DNA of 64,000 nucleotides from Syntrophales bacterium (GTDB lineage Bacteria; Desulfobacterota; Syntrophia; Syntrophales; PHBD01), in NCBI GenBank assembly GCA_963668175.1, contig OY764159.1, forward strand, positions 1,568,001 to 1,632,000, in the 5' to 3' direction. Below the pieces are notes generated by a model, which was not told the origin of the DNA, did no database searches, and saw only the letters and a program-made list of their open reading frames with translations. Every line of letters begins with the position of its first letter. The stretch's first letter is position 1. This document shows, piece after piece, positions 24,533 through 34,466 of the stretch. A program made the translations under genes and the position numbers.

Positions 24533-25750
24533 TCAATCCGGAGCGAAGGGCAGGTAGACGTGGAAGACGGTCCCATGGCCGGGTTCCGATTCAACCATGA
24601 TCAGGCCGTCGTGGTTTTTGACGATGCCGTAGGCCATGGCCAGGCCGAGACCCTTGCCCCGGCTCCCCTCCCTGCCCTTGGTCGTGAAATAGGGTTCGAA
24701 GATGATCGGGAGATATTCCTTTTCGATGCCGGAGCCGCTGTCCCGCATGGATACCTTTACGTACCGGCCGTGTTTCAGGGCATAGCCGTCGCTTGCGATG
24801 TCGCAGTTTTCGGCCGTAAGGGAGAACGATCCTCCATGAGGCATGGCCTCCAGGGCGTTCCGGGCGATATTTTCGAAGGCTTGGCGTATCTGTCTGGCGT
24901 CCATCCTGACCAGTCCTAGGTCGGCCGGGACGGAGAGATCGCACCGGATATCCAATCCTTTGAAAACGTCCTCGACGATACCCCGCAGCAGGTCGCCCAC
25001 GGCCTGGACCTTCATGGTCGCGTAGCCGCCTTTGGCAAAGGTGATCAGTTTCTGGGTCAGTTCCTTGGCCTGGAAACCGTCCTGTTCCGCCCGGCTCAGG
25101 CAGTCGACCAGGATCGTGTCCTCCTTGTCCGCCATCGCCTTGGCGACGATGACATTCCTCATGATGGCGGAAAGCAGGCTGTCGAAGTCCTGGGAGACTT
25201 TCCGGGCGAAGGTGACGAGGGAGTCGAGCTTCTTCATCCTGATAAGCTCTTCTTCCGCCGATTTCTGGTCGCTGATGTCCTGGAGGGTTTCTGTGGCGGC
25301 GAAGACGACGCCCTGGGAATCGCGGACCGCCGAGGCCGTGAAGTGAAGCCAGCGGCCCCCTTCGCCGAGGTCGGGGAAGAAGTCCGTCGCCTCGTAGGCG
25401 TCGTCGATCAGGCGGGATTTACGGTATTTTCCCGAATACCAGTTGGGCACCGTTTCCAGGGTTTCGTCGACCACGAGGTCGGCCATGCAGGGTCGTTTTT
25501 CCCTGTAGAAGGCCTTCCAGTGCTCATCCGTGCCCATGATAGCGCCTGCCGGGATGCGGCTCATTTCTTCCAGGGCCTTGTTCCAGTGAAGGACCTGGTG
25601 GTCCCTGTTGATGACGAAAACGGCGATGGGCGAGGCCTGGATGATGTTGGCCAGGCGCTGCTCGTTCTCGATCCTCTGCCACATGGAGTAGCCGAGGAAG
25701 ACGATGCCTGTGATGCCCGCGCCGAGGACAAACGCCAGTAATGGATTCAT
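24533..25750 (-). CDS. Membrane-anchored PAS/HATPase protein; histidine-kinase-like but lacking the H-box His
   Basis: N-terminal TM, PAS, and N/G1/F/G2 boxes (NALEAM, DSGSGI, FEPYFTTK, GKGLGL). H-box reads VSQDFDSLL. Confidence 0.85.
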   Translation of the reverse strand: MNPLLAFVLGAGITGIVFLGYSMWQRIENEQRLANIIQASPIAVFVINRDHQVLHWNKALEEMSRIPAGAIMGTDEHWKAFYREKRPCMADLVVDETLETVPNWYSGKYRKSRLIDDAYEATDFFPDLGEGGRWLHFTASAVRDSQGVVFAATETLQDISDQKSAEEELIRMKKLDSLVTFARKVSQDFDSLLSAIMRNVIVAKAMADKEDTILVDCLSRAEQDGFQAKELTQKLITFAKGGYATMKVQAVGDLLRGIVEDVFKGLDIRCDLSVPADLGLVRMDARQIRQAFENIARNALEAMPHGGSFSLTAENCDIASDGYALKHGRYVKVSMRDSGSGIEKEYLPIIFEPYFTTKGREGSRGKGLGLAMAYGIVKNHDGLIMVESEPGHGTVFHVYLPFAPD

Positions 25751-25976
25751 GCCGCACCCCCTCCTGCCGTCAGGACGATTGGCCTGGAATTCCCCGAATG
25801 GTCCCGATCCGCTCGCCGGGGTCTATGTACCACATTTTGCCTTCCCAAGTCTTCTTTTTTCCATGGCGGGAAAACCCGGTCCGTGTCGCCTTCTGCCATG
25901 GGAAAATAAGGTTGATTCCCGGGAAATATGCTAAAATGGTGTTACCGATATTCTTCGGCGAGGGAACGCCCCCGGC

Positions 25977-27170
25977 ATGAAAAAACGCTTGATCAGAACC
26001 GACCGGCTCCTGAGGACGATGCACCTTTTGCGGTTCATCCTCCCGTCCAGACTGCCTCAGATTCACAGGCAGAACGCGGTCGAACTCTACCGGGGCGGCG
26101 ACCGATTTTTCCCGGCCCTCTTCGAGGCCCTCCGCGGCGCAAAGAAATTCATTCTTGCAGAATATTACATCGTTCGCAGCGACCGTACCGGCAGCGCCCT
26201 GGCCTCCGAGCTGGCGGGGGCCGTAAAGCGAGGCGTCCGCGTCTATCTCATCTACGACTATATCGGTTCCATCGATTCGCCGGCCGCCTTCTTCCGGAAT
26301 CTCGCCGCGGCCGGTGTTGAAACGGCGCCCTTCAACGTCCCGTCTTTCCACCGCGGGCTCAGATGGTTCGACCGGCGGGACCACCGCAAGATGACCATCG
26401 TCGACGGCGAGGTGGCCTTTCTCGGGGGATTCAACATCGGCGACGAATACGCGGGATTAGCGGCGGACGCGGACCGCTTCTACGACCTGGGCATCAGCAT
26501 CCGGGGAAGCGCCGTGGAGGAGTTCATGCGGATCTTTTCGGAAACCTGGCGGCGGGAGCGGGGCGATCCGCCCGACGTATCGGGCGCCGCCGGTGACGGC
26601 CGGGCCGAAAGCGGGTCGGGAAACGGGGATGTCGCCATCGTCAGCGGCGGTCCGGGGCACCGCCATTCCCGCATCCGCAATGTCTTTCTTGTTCATATTG
26701 CCGCGGCATCGGACGAGCTTCTTATCGTCACGCCCTATTTTATTCCCGGCCCCCGTATGATCCGGGCGCTTATGCGGGCGGCCCGGCGGGGGGTACGGGT
26801 CAGGCTGCTCCTTCCGGCGCGGAGCGACATGCCGTTCGTCAGGCTTCTGGCGCGCGCCTATTACGATGTTCTTCTCAGGGAAGGGATTGAAATCCGGGAA
26901 TTGGAGGAGGAGATTCTCCATGCCAAAGCGATGCTGATCGACGGGAAGCAGGCGGTTATCGGCTCGGCCAATCTCGATCAGCGGAGCTTTCATCGCAATT
27001 TCGAGATAGCCGTCCTCATCCGGGACGATGCCCTCGCCGGCAGCATCCGAGCAATTTACGGTGAAGACTTCCGCAGGGCACGTACCGTGCTGCTTAAAGA
27101 CCACGAACGGCGGGGCCTTGCCGTCCGTATCCTGGAAAGGCTCATCGGCCTCTTCGGGTGGTTTCTGTAA
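25977..27170 (+). CDS. clsB: Cardiolipin synthase, ClsB-like (phospholipase D family)
   Basis: Two HKD motifs (DHRKMTIVDG, LHAKAMLIDG), TPYFIP and GSANLD. No N-terminal TM. Confidence 0.85.
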   Translation: MKKRLIRTDRLLRTMHLLRFILPSRLPQIHRQNAVELYRGGDRFFPALFEALRGAKKFILAEYYIVRSDRTGSALASELAGAVKRGVRVYLIYDYIGSIDSPAAFFRNLAAAGVETAPFNVPSFHRGLRWFDRRDHRKMTIVDGEVAFLGGFNIGDEYAGLAADADRFYDLGISIRGSAVEEFMRIFSETWRRERGDPPDVSGAAGDGRAESGSGNGDVAIVSGGPGHRHSRIRNVFLVHIAAASDELLIVTPYFIPGPRMIRALMRAARRGVRVRLLLPARSDMPFVRLLARAYYDVLLREGIEIRELEEEILHAKAMLIDGKQAVIGSANLDQRSFHRNFEIAVLIRDDALAGSIRAIYGEDFRRARTVLLKDHERRGLAVRILERLIGLFGWFL

Positions 27171-27279
27171 GGGGTTGTGCCCCCTACGAACATCATAAGA
27201 TGAAGGTGTAGGATTCCTTGCGTGCAACGTTTCCGGAGGAGCGCGGAACAGGAGGAAATAGGCCGGAAACGATATGTCG

Positions 27280-28926
27280 CTATAAAACACCGCCGTCGAG
27301 ATAACGGACAAAATCCCCGTAGCCTGCGTTCCGGATCAGCTCCGTCGTCACCGCTTCGTCGAGGGGCAGGCCTTCGATGGCGTCATAATGCCTTGCCAGA
27401 AAAAGGTTCTTGACCTGACGGCACAGCTCGACCAGCATCTCGGGGGCGTCCTGGCCGCTTACATGTTTATAAAGGCCGATGACCGCCAGATAAACCCTCT
27501 TTGCCCCGGCAGGCGTCAGGGAATATTGTTCTTCCGCTTTGCCGGGAATCCGATTGATAAAGGGCGGCATGCACTCGGCCCTGCCGACCAGCAAGGTTGC
27601 CAGGGCCAGCCAGAAGGCGTCGACGGCGTTTCTGTGGCCGGCATGCCCGCGGATGTCGGATGCCCATGCGCCGTAGATACGGTCCAGGAGTGCGAACAGG
27701 GCCTTCGTCATCTCGTTGAGGTAAGGGGCGATGTGGGCGTGGAAAGTCTTCCAGTTACGGAAGGCGCTCTCGACGTGATCGTCGTCTACGCGGACGATGT
27801 CGCCTATGCAGGCGAGGAAGGCGTCGCTCATAGCCACGTCGCAGTAAAATGCGGTTGACACGAAAGAGAAAGGGTAAGACGTGAGGCGGCCGCGGCGGGG
27901 CAGCGTCCGCGCCTTTTCCTCCAGCAGCCGGCCGAAATCCGCCATGTTCTTCCGGATGTCGAAATGTTCGCCCGCCCTCGCAATCGCGCGGCTCCTCATG
28001 GCGTCTATATCCGGATCGCCCTCGATAATACGCCGGACAAGGTTTCTCACTGCCGATACGGCCCTGGCCCTGTCGCCTGCCGGCACCACGCAGCCCGTGA
28101 CGCCGTCAAGCACCGAGATAGGCAGGCCCCCCGTATCGGAGACAACCGCGATGGCACCGGCCGCCATGGCCTCGACGGCGGTGAGGCCGAAGGCCTCCAC
28201 GCGGGACATGTGGAGCAGGATGTCGGATGCTTTCAGGAGGGAAGGAATCCGGTCGTATTTCCGGTAGCCCAGGTATTGGATGCCGTCCCCGGACGGGCCT
28301 TCCCTGCCGACAATGGCGGCCTCGATCGGCAGCCCCTCGTCGATAAGCTCCCAGGCGACGTCCGCCAGGTCGGGGTCCATGAATTTTCCCGTCGTTGCAA
28401 GCTGGATAAGGCGGACCTTCCCGTCCCGTTTCCTCACGTCTCCTTTGTAAAGCGATACGTCCACGCCGGGGGCAAAGACGAAATCGTTCTTCTTAGGCCC
28501 CATGTAATCAAAGACGGGCCGGGAGACGGCGACGGTGATATCGACGGCGGGGCTGAGTCCGGCCTTGTAGAAGAAGTTCATGATCTCGACCACCAGCGGC
28601 TTCGGCGCGAACTGGGCGGCCTCAAGCGCAAGGGGTGCGATGACGCTGTTGGAAATGATGACGACATCGAAGCGGTCCATCAACTCGCACAGATCCTTCA
28701 GGGGGCGGAATCGCTCGAAAAAGACGATGTCGACGCCTTCGATGCCGGGCGAGTCGAAAGCATCGGTTTTGGGATCTGTCTTGCCCGTTACGATCAGGGT
28801 GACGTCGTAGCCGGCCTTCGCAAGGTAGGAGGCGTACTGCATGGCGACGATGTGCGCCCCGGACAGGCTGAGGCCGTCGGTGGTTACGGCAAACCTGAAT
28901 TTTTCACGGGCTTGGCGATGCGGCAT
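27280..28926 (-). CDS. Family 4 glycosyltransferase with a C-terminal extension
   Basis: EAFGLTAVEAMAAG (EX7E) and SDTGG. Confidence 0.85.
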   Translation of the reverse strand: MPHRQAREKFRFAVTTDGLSLSGAHIVAMQYASYLAKAGYDVTLIVTGKTDPKTDAFDSPGIEGVDIVFFERFRPLKDLCELMDRFDVVIISNSVIAPLALEAAQFAPKPLVVEIMNFFYKAGLSPAVDITVAVSRPVFDYMGPKKNDFVFAPGVDVSLYKGDVRKRDGKVRLIQLATTGKFMDPDLADVAWELIDEGLPIEAAIVGREGPSGDGIQYLGYRKYDRIPSLLKASDILLHMSRVEAFGLTAVEAMAAGAIAVVSDTGGLPISVLDGVTGCVVPAGDRARAVSAVRNLVRRIIEGDPDIDAMRSRAIARAGEHFDIRKNMADFGRLLEEKARTLPRRGRLTSYPFSFVSTAFYCDVAMSDAFLACIGDIVRVDDDHVESAFRNWKTFHAHIAPYLNEMTKALFALLDRIYGAWASDIRGHAGHRNAVDAFWLALATLLVGRAECMPPFINRIPGKAEEQYSLTPAGAKRVYLAVIGLYKHVSGQDAPEMLVELCRQVKNLFLARHYDAIEGLPLDEAVTTELIRNAGYGDFVRYLDGGVL

Positions 28927-29061
28927 GGCGGTCCTTCTGAGAGTCCGCCCGATACTACCCGATTTCGCATCAAATAGAAAGGGAATAAGACCCGACGGCG
29001 CTCTTCACGATGGAGTCCGTTTGTTGCGGAGTACGAGGCGGGGCGCGCGCCGGGAGCAGAG

Positions 29062-29715
29062 TCAGTCGTTTAACGCCACCAATCCCTCGCGAACGGCGTA
29101 TTTCGTAAGTTCCGCGACGCTTCTCATGTTCAGCTTCTCCATGATGTTGCGGCGGTGGGTCTCGATCGTCTTGATGCTCAGGTTGATATGGCCAGCGATT
29201 TCCCGTGTCGGCAACCCCTCCGCCAGGAGCTGGAGGATTTCCCGTTCCCGGGACGTCAGCTTGGCACCGCCCGCAGAGGCGGATTGCGAACCCCTGCTCA
29301 GATACTCCTTGACGACGACGTCGGCGATCTTCGGGCTCAGGTAGGAATTGCCCGCCGCGACCTGGCGGATGGCGTTGGCCAGTTCGCCGAAGGCGCAGTC
29401 CTTGAGGAGGTAGCCGGCGGCGCCCGCTTCCAGCATACCCAGTACGAAGCGGCGGTCCGAGTGCATCGACAGGGCGATGACCTTGACCTGCGGTTTTCCG
29501 GCGATGATCCGCCGGGTGGCCTCGATGCCGTTCAGGTCCGGCATCGTGATGTCCATGACGATCACGTCCGGCGACAGCTTCTCGGCGATTTTGATGGTTT
29601 TTCGCCCGTTTTCCGCCTCGGCGACGACTTCCATCCCCGCTTCCTTTTCGATCAGGGTTCTCAGTCCGTCCCGGAATATCTCGTGATCGTCCGCCAGAAG
29701 AACCTTGATAGCCAT
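29062..29715 (-). CDS. NarL/LuxR-family response regulator
   Basis: LADDH, MDITMPDLNG, YLLK, and LTSREREIL HTH. Confidence 0.95.
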   Translation of the reverse strand: MAIKVLLADDHEIFRDGLRTLIEKEAGMEVVAEAENGRKTIKIAEKLSPDVIVMDITMPDLNGIEATRRIIAGKPQVKVIALSMHSDRRFVLGMLEAGAAGYLLKDCAFGELANAIRQVAAGNSYLSPKIADVVVKEYLSRGSQSASAGGAKLTSREREILQLLAEGLPTREIAGHINLSIKTIETHRRNIMEKLNMRSVAELTKYAVREGLVALND

Positions 29716-29716
29716 T

Positions 29717-31579
29717 TTATTTCCCCTTTCTCTTCTTTCGCCTGTGACGCGGCGCCACAATGGTGACGCAGGTTCCCCGGCCTTTCTCCGAGTCGATTTC
29801 GAAGAGGCCGCCGAGGTAATTGAGGCGCTCCCGGATGCTCATGAGGCCGAAACCGCCGGTCCGCCTGGTCATGCGTCCTATTCCCGAGGTATCGAATCCG
29901 GCCCCGTCGTCCCGGATGACGATGCGGATGTTGCCGCCCTGGCTCTGGATGGCGATCCAGGCCTGCTTCGCCCCGGCGTGCTTGACGATGTTGAGGAGCA
30001 GTTCCCGGGTGACCCGGAACATCAGGATTTGGACCTCCTCGTCGATCGGGCGGTTCTTCATGTCGCTCATGATATGGATCGAAAGGCCGTGCTGTTCCTC
30101 GATCTGTTCGCTCAGCCACTCGATTGCCGACACCAAGCCGAGTTCGTAAAGGACGTAGGGGCTGAGTTCGCTCATGAGCGAGCGGATCTGCTGGATGGAT
30201 TCGTTGACCATATCCTGAATTTTCCTGAGTGGTTCCCCGAATCCGCAACAGGCGGCTTGTTCTGCCAGGGAATCGAGCTTGATTCTCGTCAGAGCGAGGG
30301 TTTGCCCGATATGGTCGTGGAGATCGCCGGCGATGCGCCGCCGCTCCCTCTCTTCCGTCATTACCAGTTCCGACGTCAGGGTCCGCAGATTTTCGTTGCT
30401 GTCGATGAGCTTCTTCTCGGCTGCAACCCAGTCGGAGATATCGACCATGGTCCCTTCGACCAGCATGAGACCCTGCTTATAGTCGTGCATCGTGGCGTTG
30501 AGGAGCACGTGCACGGGACGGCCGTCCTTTTTCCTCAGGAGGAATTGATAGTTGGTGATCGTCCGTTTCTCCAGGAGATCGCTCGTATATGCCTCAAGAT
30601 CGTTGTCGCTGAAAAAGAACTCCCGGAGCGGACGGTCCAGAAGCTCATGACGCGAGCCGTAGCCCAGGATCCGGGCATGGGCGTCGTTGCAGTCTGTGTG
30701 CTTTCCCGATTTTCCGGCGGCGTCGTAGACGGTGCGGAACGTTCCGGCGACGCTGCTTTGGAAGAAGTGGTGATAGAGGGCCTCGGATTCGTGCAGGGCT
30801 TCTTCCATCTTTTTGCGCGCCGTGATGTCGAGGAGCGAGATCACCGTCTCACGGGTGGAGGGGATGAGCGCCGCATATGCGACGACATGGATCGCTTCGC
30901 CTTTACGGTCGATCATCCGGAATTCCGTACCCGTATGTCGCGGCCCGCTGTCCGGCACCCGCGGCCGCCGGACGTTTTCGGCCGCCGTCAGGTCGTCCGC
31001 TGCAACAAAATCGATCCAGGGCCTGACGCCGACGATCTCCGTCCGGGCGTAACCCAGGAGCCTTTCAAACTCGCGGTTTGCGAGGGCGATCGTGTCGTCC
31101 TCCCTGACGATGACCGTGGCCGTGCCGGTATTTTCGAAGATGGTTCGGTAGCGGTCTTCCGAGGCCTGAAGTTCGAGTGCGAAGCGTTTCCTTTCGTTCC
31201 TCTCCGCCACCTCCTGCAGTGCCCGGGAAACGGCCGGGCCCAATCGCGACAACCGGTTTTTGAGGACATAATCCGTCGCCCCCTGCTTGAGGAGTTCGAT
31301 GGCCCTCTCTTCGCCGAGGGCTCCCGAGACGAAGATGAAGGGTATTTCCGGACACATCTGCCGGGCGATCCGCAGGGCCGAGATGCCGTCGAAGGAGGGG
31401 AGCGAGTAGTCGGAGAGCATGATGTCCGGGATACAGGCCTCCAGGGCCTCCACATAGGCGGACTCGGTTGCGACCCTCTTCGCCGCAAAGTTGAGGCCGG
31501 CCTCGGCCAGCTCGAATTCCATCAGTTCGGCGTCCGTTGCGACGTCCTCAAGGATAAGGATGCTCAATTCACCGTTCAT
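29717..31579 (-). CDS. REC-PAS-PAS HisKA_3 sensor kinase
   Basis: N-terminal ILEDV…SDYSLP receiver, ERERRRIAGDLHDHIGQ, NIVKHA, DDGAGF and GFGL. Confidence 0.92.
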   Translation of the reverse strand: MNGELSILILEDVATDAELMEFELAEAGLNFAAKRVATESAYVEALEACIPDIMLSDYSLPSFDGISALRIARQMCPEIPFIFVSGALGEERAIELLKQGATDYVLKNRLSRLGPAVSRALQEVAERNERKRFALELQASEDRYRTIFENTGTATVIVREDDTIALANREFERLLGYARTEIVGVRPWIDFVAADDLTAAENVRRPRVPDSGPRHTGTEFRMIDRKGEAIHVVAYAALIPSTRETVISLLDITARKKMEEALHESEALYHHFFQSSVAGTFRTVYDAAGKSGKHTDCNDAHARILGYGSRHELLDRPLREFFFSDNDLEAYTSDLLEKRTITNYQFLLRKKDGRPVHVLLNATMHDYKQGLMLVEGTMVDISDWVAAEKKLIDSNENLRTLTSELVMTEERERRRIAGDLHDHIGQTLALTRIKLDSLAEQAACCGFGEPLRKIQDMVNESIQQIRSLMSELSPYVLYELGLVSAIEWLSEQIEEQHGLSIHIMSDMKNRPIDEEVQILMFRVTRELLLNIVKHAGAKQAWIAIQSQGGNIRIVIRDDGAGFDTSGIGRMTRRTGGFGLMSIRERLNYLGGLFEIDSEKGRGTCVTIVAPRHRRKKRKGK

Positions 31580-31898
31580 AACTATATGCAGATATTCGTT
31601 TCCGGATGGGTCCGTGCTCGTTTCCGGCCGTCAAGGACTCATTCCCTGCCTTTGCGCCGCACGCCGAGGTAGCCGTAGGGATGGCAAGGAAAATCAATAT
31701 CTCATAGCTTTGATCATACGGGAAAGCAATGAGCATAAAAGCGGAGATTTATGGGAGGCATATACTACCCTGCGAGAAGACTTCCATGCGGTTTCCGGCA
31801 TCCTCCCGCGGCCGTCTTTTACGGTGCGTCCTTCGGATTGTCGGACGGGCGCAGGATAAGAAGCAATGCAATAGCGGCGGCGAACTTACAAAAACCTC

Positions 31899-31925
31899 TC
31901 AATTATTTTCCCGAAAAGCCGATAG
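31899..31925 (+). promoter_or_regulatory. Sigma28 (FliA)-type promoter
   Basis: TCAA-N15-GCCGATAG, close to the TAAA-N15-GCCGATAA consensus, 28 nt before ATG 31954. Confidence 0.7.
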
Positions 31926-31953
31926 GAATAATAAAGACCTGGGTAGGGTGTGC

Positions 31954-32952
31954 ATGACCGGAATTGCCAAAACAGGATATTCCTATTCGCTGACCGAGAT
32001 ATTGTCGCAGCAGAGCGCTGCCGCCGAAAAGAAGCAGACGCCTCGGCAAACGCTTTTAGACAGCATCAAGGAGAACGACCCGCAGAAGGCCGAGGACATC
32101 AAGAAGAAGATGGACAGTGCCGACCAGGTTGTTGCCCAACTGCGTACCGGCAAGATCAAGGAGATGAAGCAGCGGAAGCAGGAGGCGGTCGAGAAGATCA
32201 AGCGCATCAAGCAGGAAATCCAGATGCTGAAAACGATGGGCGGGGATCCCAAGGTGCTTGCCCGCCGGATCGCCCAACTGGCGAAAGAGCTTGCCCAGGC
32301 GGCGCGCGAATATGCCTCGGCCACGGCTTCCGCCAATGACACGGCGTCCCAGGATGGAACGCAAACGACAAATGCGGCGGCCGGCACCTCCGAAACGGCC
32401 GTCAGCATGTTGAAAGACGCTACAGGCTTGGGGGGAATCGACAGTATATCGACAGCAGCGGTCGACACCTCGGCGAATACGTCCGATACTGCGGCGAACA
32501 CATCCGATGCCTCTGCGACTGCGTCCGACGGTGCGACTTCGGCGGCGGGTCCGGAAGAAAAGAATGAAGGCGCCTCCGATTCTTCGCAATCCGGAACGAA
32601 TCCGCAGGGCGTGTCGCTGGGAGAGGGTTTGAGGCAGTACCAGGAGGCCCAGAGGCAGAAACTGGCCGGCGATGTGGAGAACGCCGTCTCCGATATCAAG
32701 CAAAAGACCGCCGAGGCCGAGGCGGACCGGCAGTTTGCCCAGGATGTGCGGAACGTATCCGCCATGCTGAAAGCCCTGGCCGAACAATTGAAACGGCGTC
32801 TGCACCGGGCGGGCGACTATACGGCGGACCAGGATTTCAACAATGTCGATAAGGCCCTGGCCGACGCCGAAAAGAGCGTGGCGTCCCTCGGCGCCTCGAC
32901 CACGTCTTCATCCGCCGAGGCTGCATCCGCGGTGACGGCTGTAACCGCTTAA
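31954..32952 (+). CDS. Hypothetical coiled-coil protein with a Ser/Thr/Ala low-complexity linker
   Basis: Long ORF with host-like codon usage and internal 21-bp repeats (TSANTSD/TAANTSD/ASATASD). Confidence 0.75.
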   Translation: MTGIAKTGYSYSLTEILSQQSAAAEKKQTPRQTLLDSIKENDPQKAEDIKKKMDSADQVVAQLRTGKIKEMKQRKQEAVEKIKRIKQEIQMLKTMGGDPKVLARRIAQLAKELAQAAREYASATASANDTASQDGTQTTNAAAGTSETAVSMLKDATGLGGIDSISTAAVDTSANTSDTAANTSDASATASDGATSAAGPEEKNEGASDSSQSGTNPQGVSLGEGLRQYQEAQRQKLAGDVENAVSDIKQKTAEAEADRQFAQDVRNVSAMLKALAEQLKRRLHRAGDYTADQDFNNVDKALADAEKSVASLGASTTSSSAEAASAVTAVTA

Positions 32953-33064
32953 ACAGCGGCCGACGCACCGGTCCGTTCCTTCCAGTCCAGTTCCGGCGGC
33001 ATTTTTCCAGCAGAAACAACAGCGACGAAGGACCTGACCGTATCGTCTAACCCCTTGAAATAAA

Positions 33065-33141
33065 TGGCGCGCCTGGCACGACTCGAACGTGCGACCAACA
33101 GATTCGAAGTCTGCGACTCTATCCAACTGAGCTACAGGCGC
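33065..33141 (-). tRNA. tRNA-Arg (TCG)
   Basis: GCGCCTG acceptor stem, GCAGA-CT-TCG-AA-TCTGT anticodon arm, TTCGA T-loop, CCA end. Confidence 0.95.
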
Positions 33142-33162
33142 ATGTATAAAGGCTAGAAAAAA

Positions 33163-33240
33163 TGGGGTGAGCGAAGGGGATCGAACCCTCGACCTCCGGG
33201 GCCACAACCCGGCACTCTAACCATCTGAGCTACGCCCACC
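33163..33240 (-). tRNA. tRNA-His (GTG)
   Basis: Cloverleaf with G-1, anticodon loop TT-GTG-GC, CCA end. Confidence 0.95.
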
Positions 33241-33368
33241 ATACGGATAAACGAAGTGATAAAAGAACCGAGGGCGGCAAATAGCAAAAAGCGCCCAAGA
33301 AAGCAAGGTTAATTTTCCCGCCGCCCGGGACGGCAAAGCCGCTCGCCGGGGAAACGGACCGTTATCCG

Positions 33369-34157
33369 CTATTTGGCCAGATAGCCGCCGTCCACGGCAA
33401 CAACCTGGCCGGTCATGTAGGCCGCTGCGTCGGAGGCCAGAAAGACCGCGACACCCTTCATGTCGTCCATATCGCCCTCACGCCGCAGGGGGATCATGTC
33501 GATCATCTGCTGGTAGGCCGCCTCGAAGCCCGGTTTCTCGATGTAGGCCATCATGTCCGTCCGGAAGAAACCGGGGGCGATGGCGTTGACCCGTATTTTG
33601 TAGGGTGCAAGCTTCACCGCCAGGTTCATCGTCAGGAGGTTGATGGCGGCCTTCGTCGAGTTGTAGGGCACGGCCGGGTGCATCGACTCCTCCGAGCCCC
33701 GGAAAGCCATGATCGACGAGATGTTGATGATGGCGCCTCCGCCCTGTTCCTTCATCGCCCGGGCGACCTGCTGGGTCAATATCCAGACGCCCCGGACGTT
33801 CGTATTGAAGAGCTGGTCCCACCGGTCGAGGGGGAATTCCAGGGTCGGCGCCCCCCAGGTCGCACCGGCGTTGTTCACCAGGATGTCGATGCGCTTCATT
33901 TTCGCGAGCGCCTCGGCCACCATGGCGGTGATCTGGTCTTCCTTCGCCACGTCGCAGGCGATGGGGACGACCCGGACGCCGCAGCTTTTCTCCAACTCCG
34001 CCGCCGTCTCTTCCAGGTTCTTCATTTTCCGCGAGATGAGGACCAGGTCGGCGCCCGCCTCGGCCAGGCCCGACGCGATGAATTTTCCGATGCCCCGTCC
34101 GCCTCCCGTCACGAGGGCCACTTTCCCTTTCAGATTGAACATGTCGTTGAGCTTCAT
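33369..34157 (-). CDS. Classical SDR oxidoreductase (gluconate 5-dehydrogenase-like)
   Basis: TGGGRGIG, NNAG, YNSTK, IAPGFF and VDGG. Confidence 0.9.
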   Translation of the reverse strand: MKLNDMFNLKGKVALVTGGGRGIGKFIASGLAEAGADLVLISRKMKNLEETAAELEKSCGVRVVPIACDVAKEDQITAMVAEALAKMKRIDILVNNAGATWGAPTLEFPLDRWDQLFNTNVRGVWILTQQVARAMKEQGGGAIINISSIMAFRGSEESMHPAVPYNSTKAAINLLTMNLAVKLAPYKIRVNAIAPGFFRTDMMAYIEKPGFEAAYQQMIDMIPLRREGDMDDMKGVAVFLASDAAAYMTGQVVAVDGGYLAK

Positions 34158-34362
34158 AGCAACTCCTTTGTCGGTGTTGGTCGTTGCGGATACGACTCGA
34201 ATTCATTTAAAGGCAAGAAGAGTCCCCTGTCAACCTGATATTTTTGCCCCGAATTCGGGGGGATAACCGTCCGATACGGCAGGATGCGGCGGGACGCGGG
34301 ATAGGCGGGCAGGGAAACGGAAAACCGCTCCAGTCTGTCTTTAGACAAAGATGCGATTCGCC

Positions 34363-34392
34363 TTGACAGGACGTCCCGTTCCTATCTATAAC
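34363..34392 (+). promoter_or_regulatory. Sigma70 promoter
   Basis: TTGACA-18 nt-TATAAC upstream of 34467. Confidence 0.6.
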
Positions 34393-34466
34393 GCTGCATC
34401 GGACAGAGAGTGTTTTCGCATTTTCCTTGCGGCGTTCGTATGGTTCCCCCTCCGGAGGTGCAGACA

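Noticed and set aside
33020..33064. Sequence beyond the tRNA-Arg 3' end as an integration (att) junction
   Set aside because: I found no integrase and no duplicated tRNA 3' end in the window. The imperfect hairpin may simply be a terminator.
34336..34347. TGTCT-TT-AGACA palindrome between the divergent SDR and cyclase-like genes
   Set aside because: The arms are only 5 bp and there is no adjacent regulator, so it is too weak to call.
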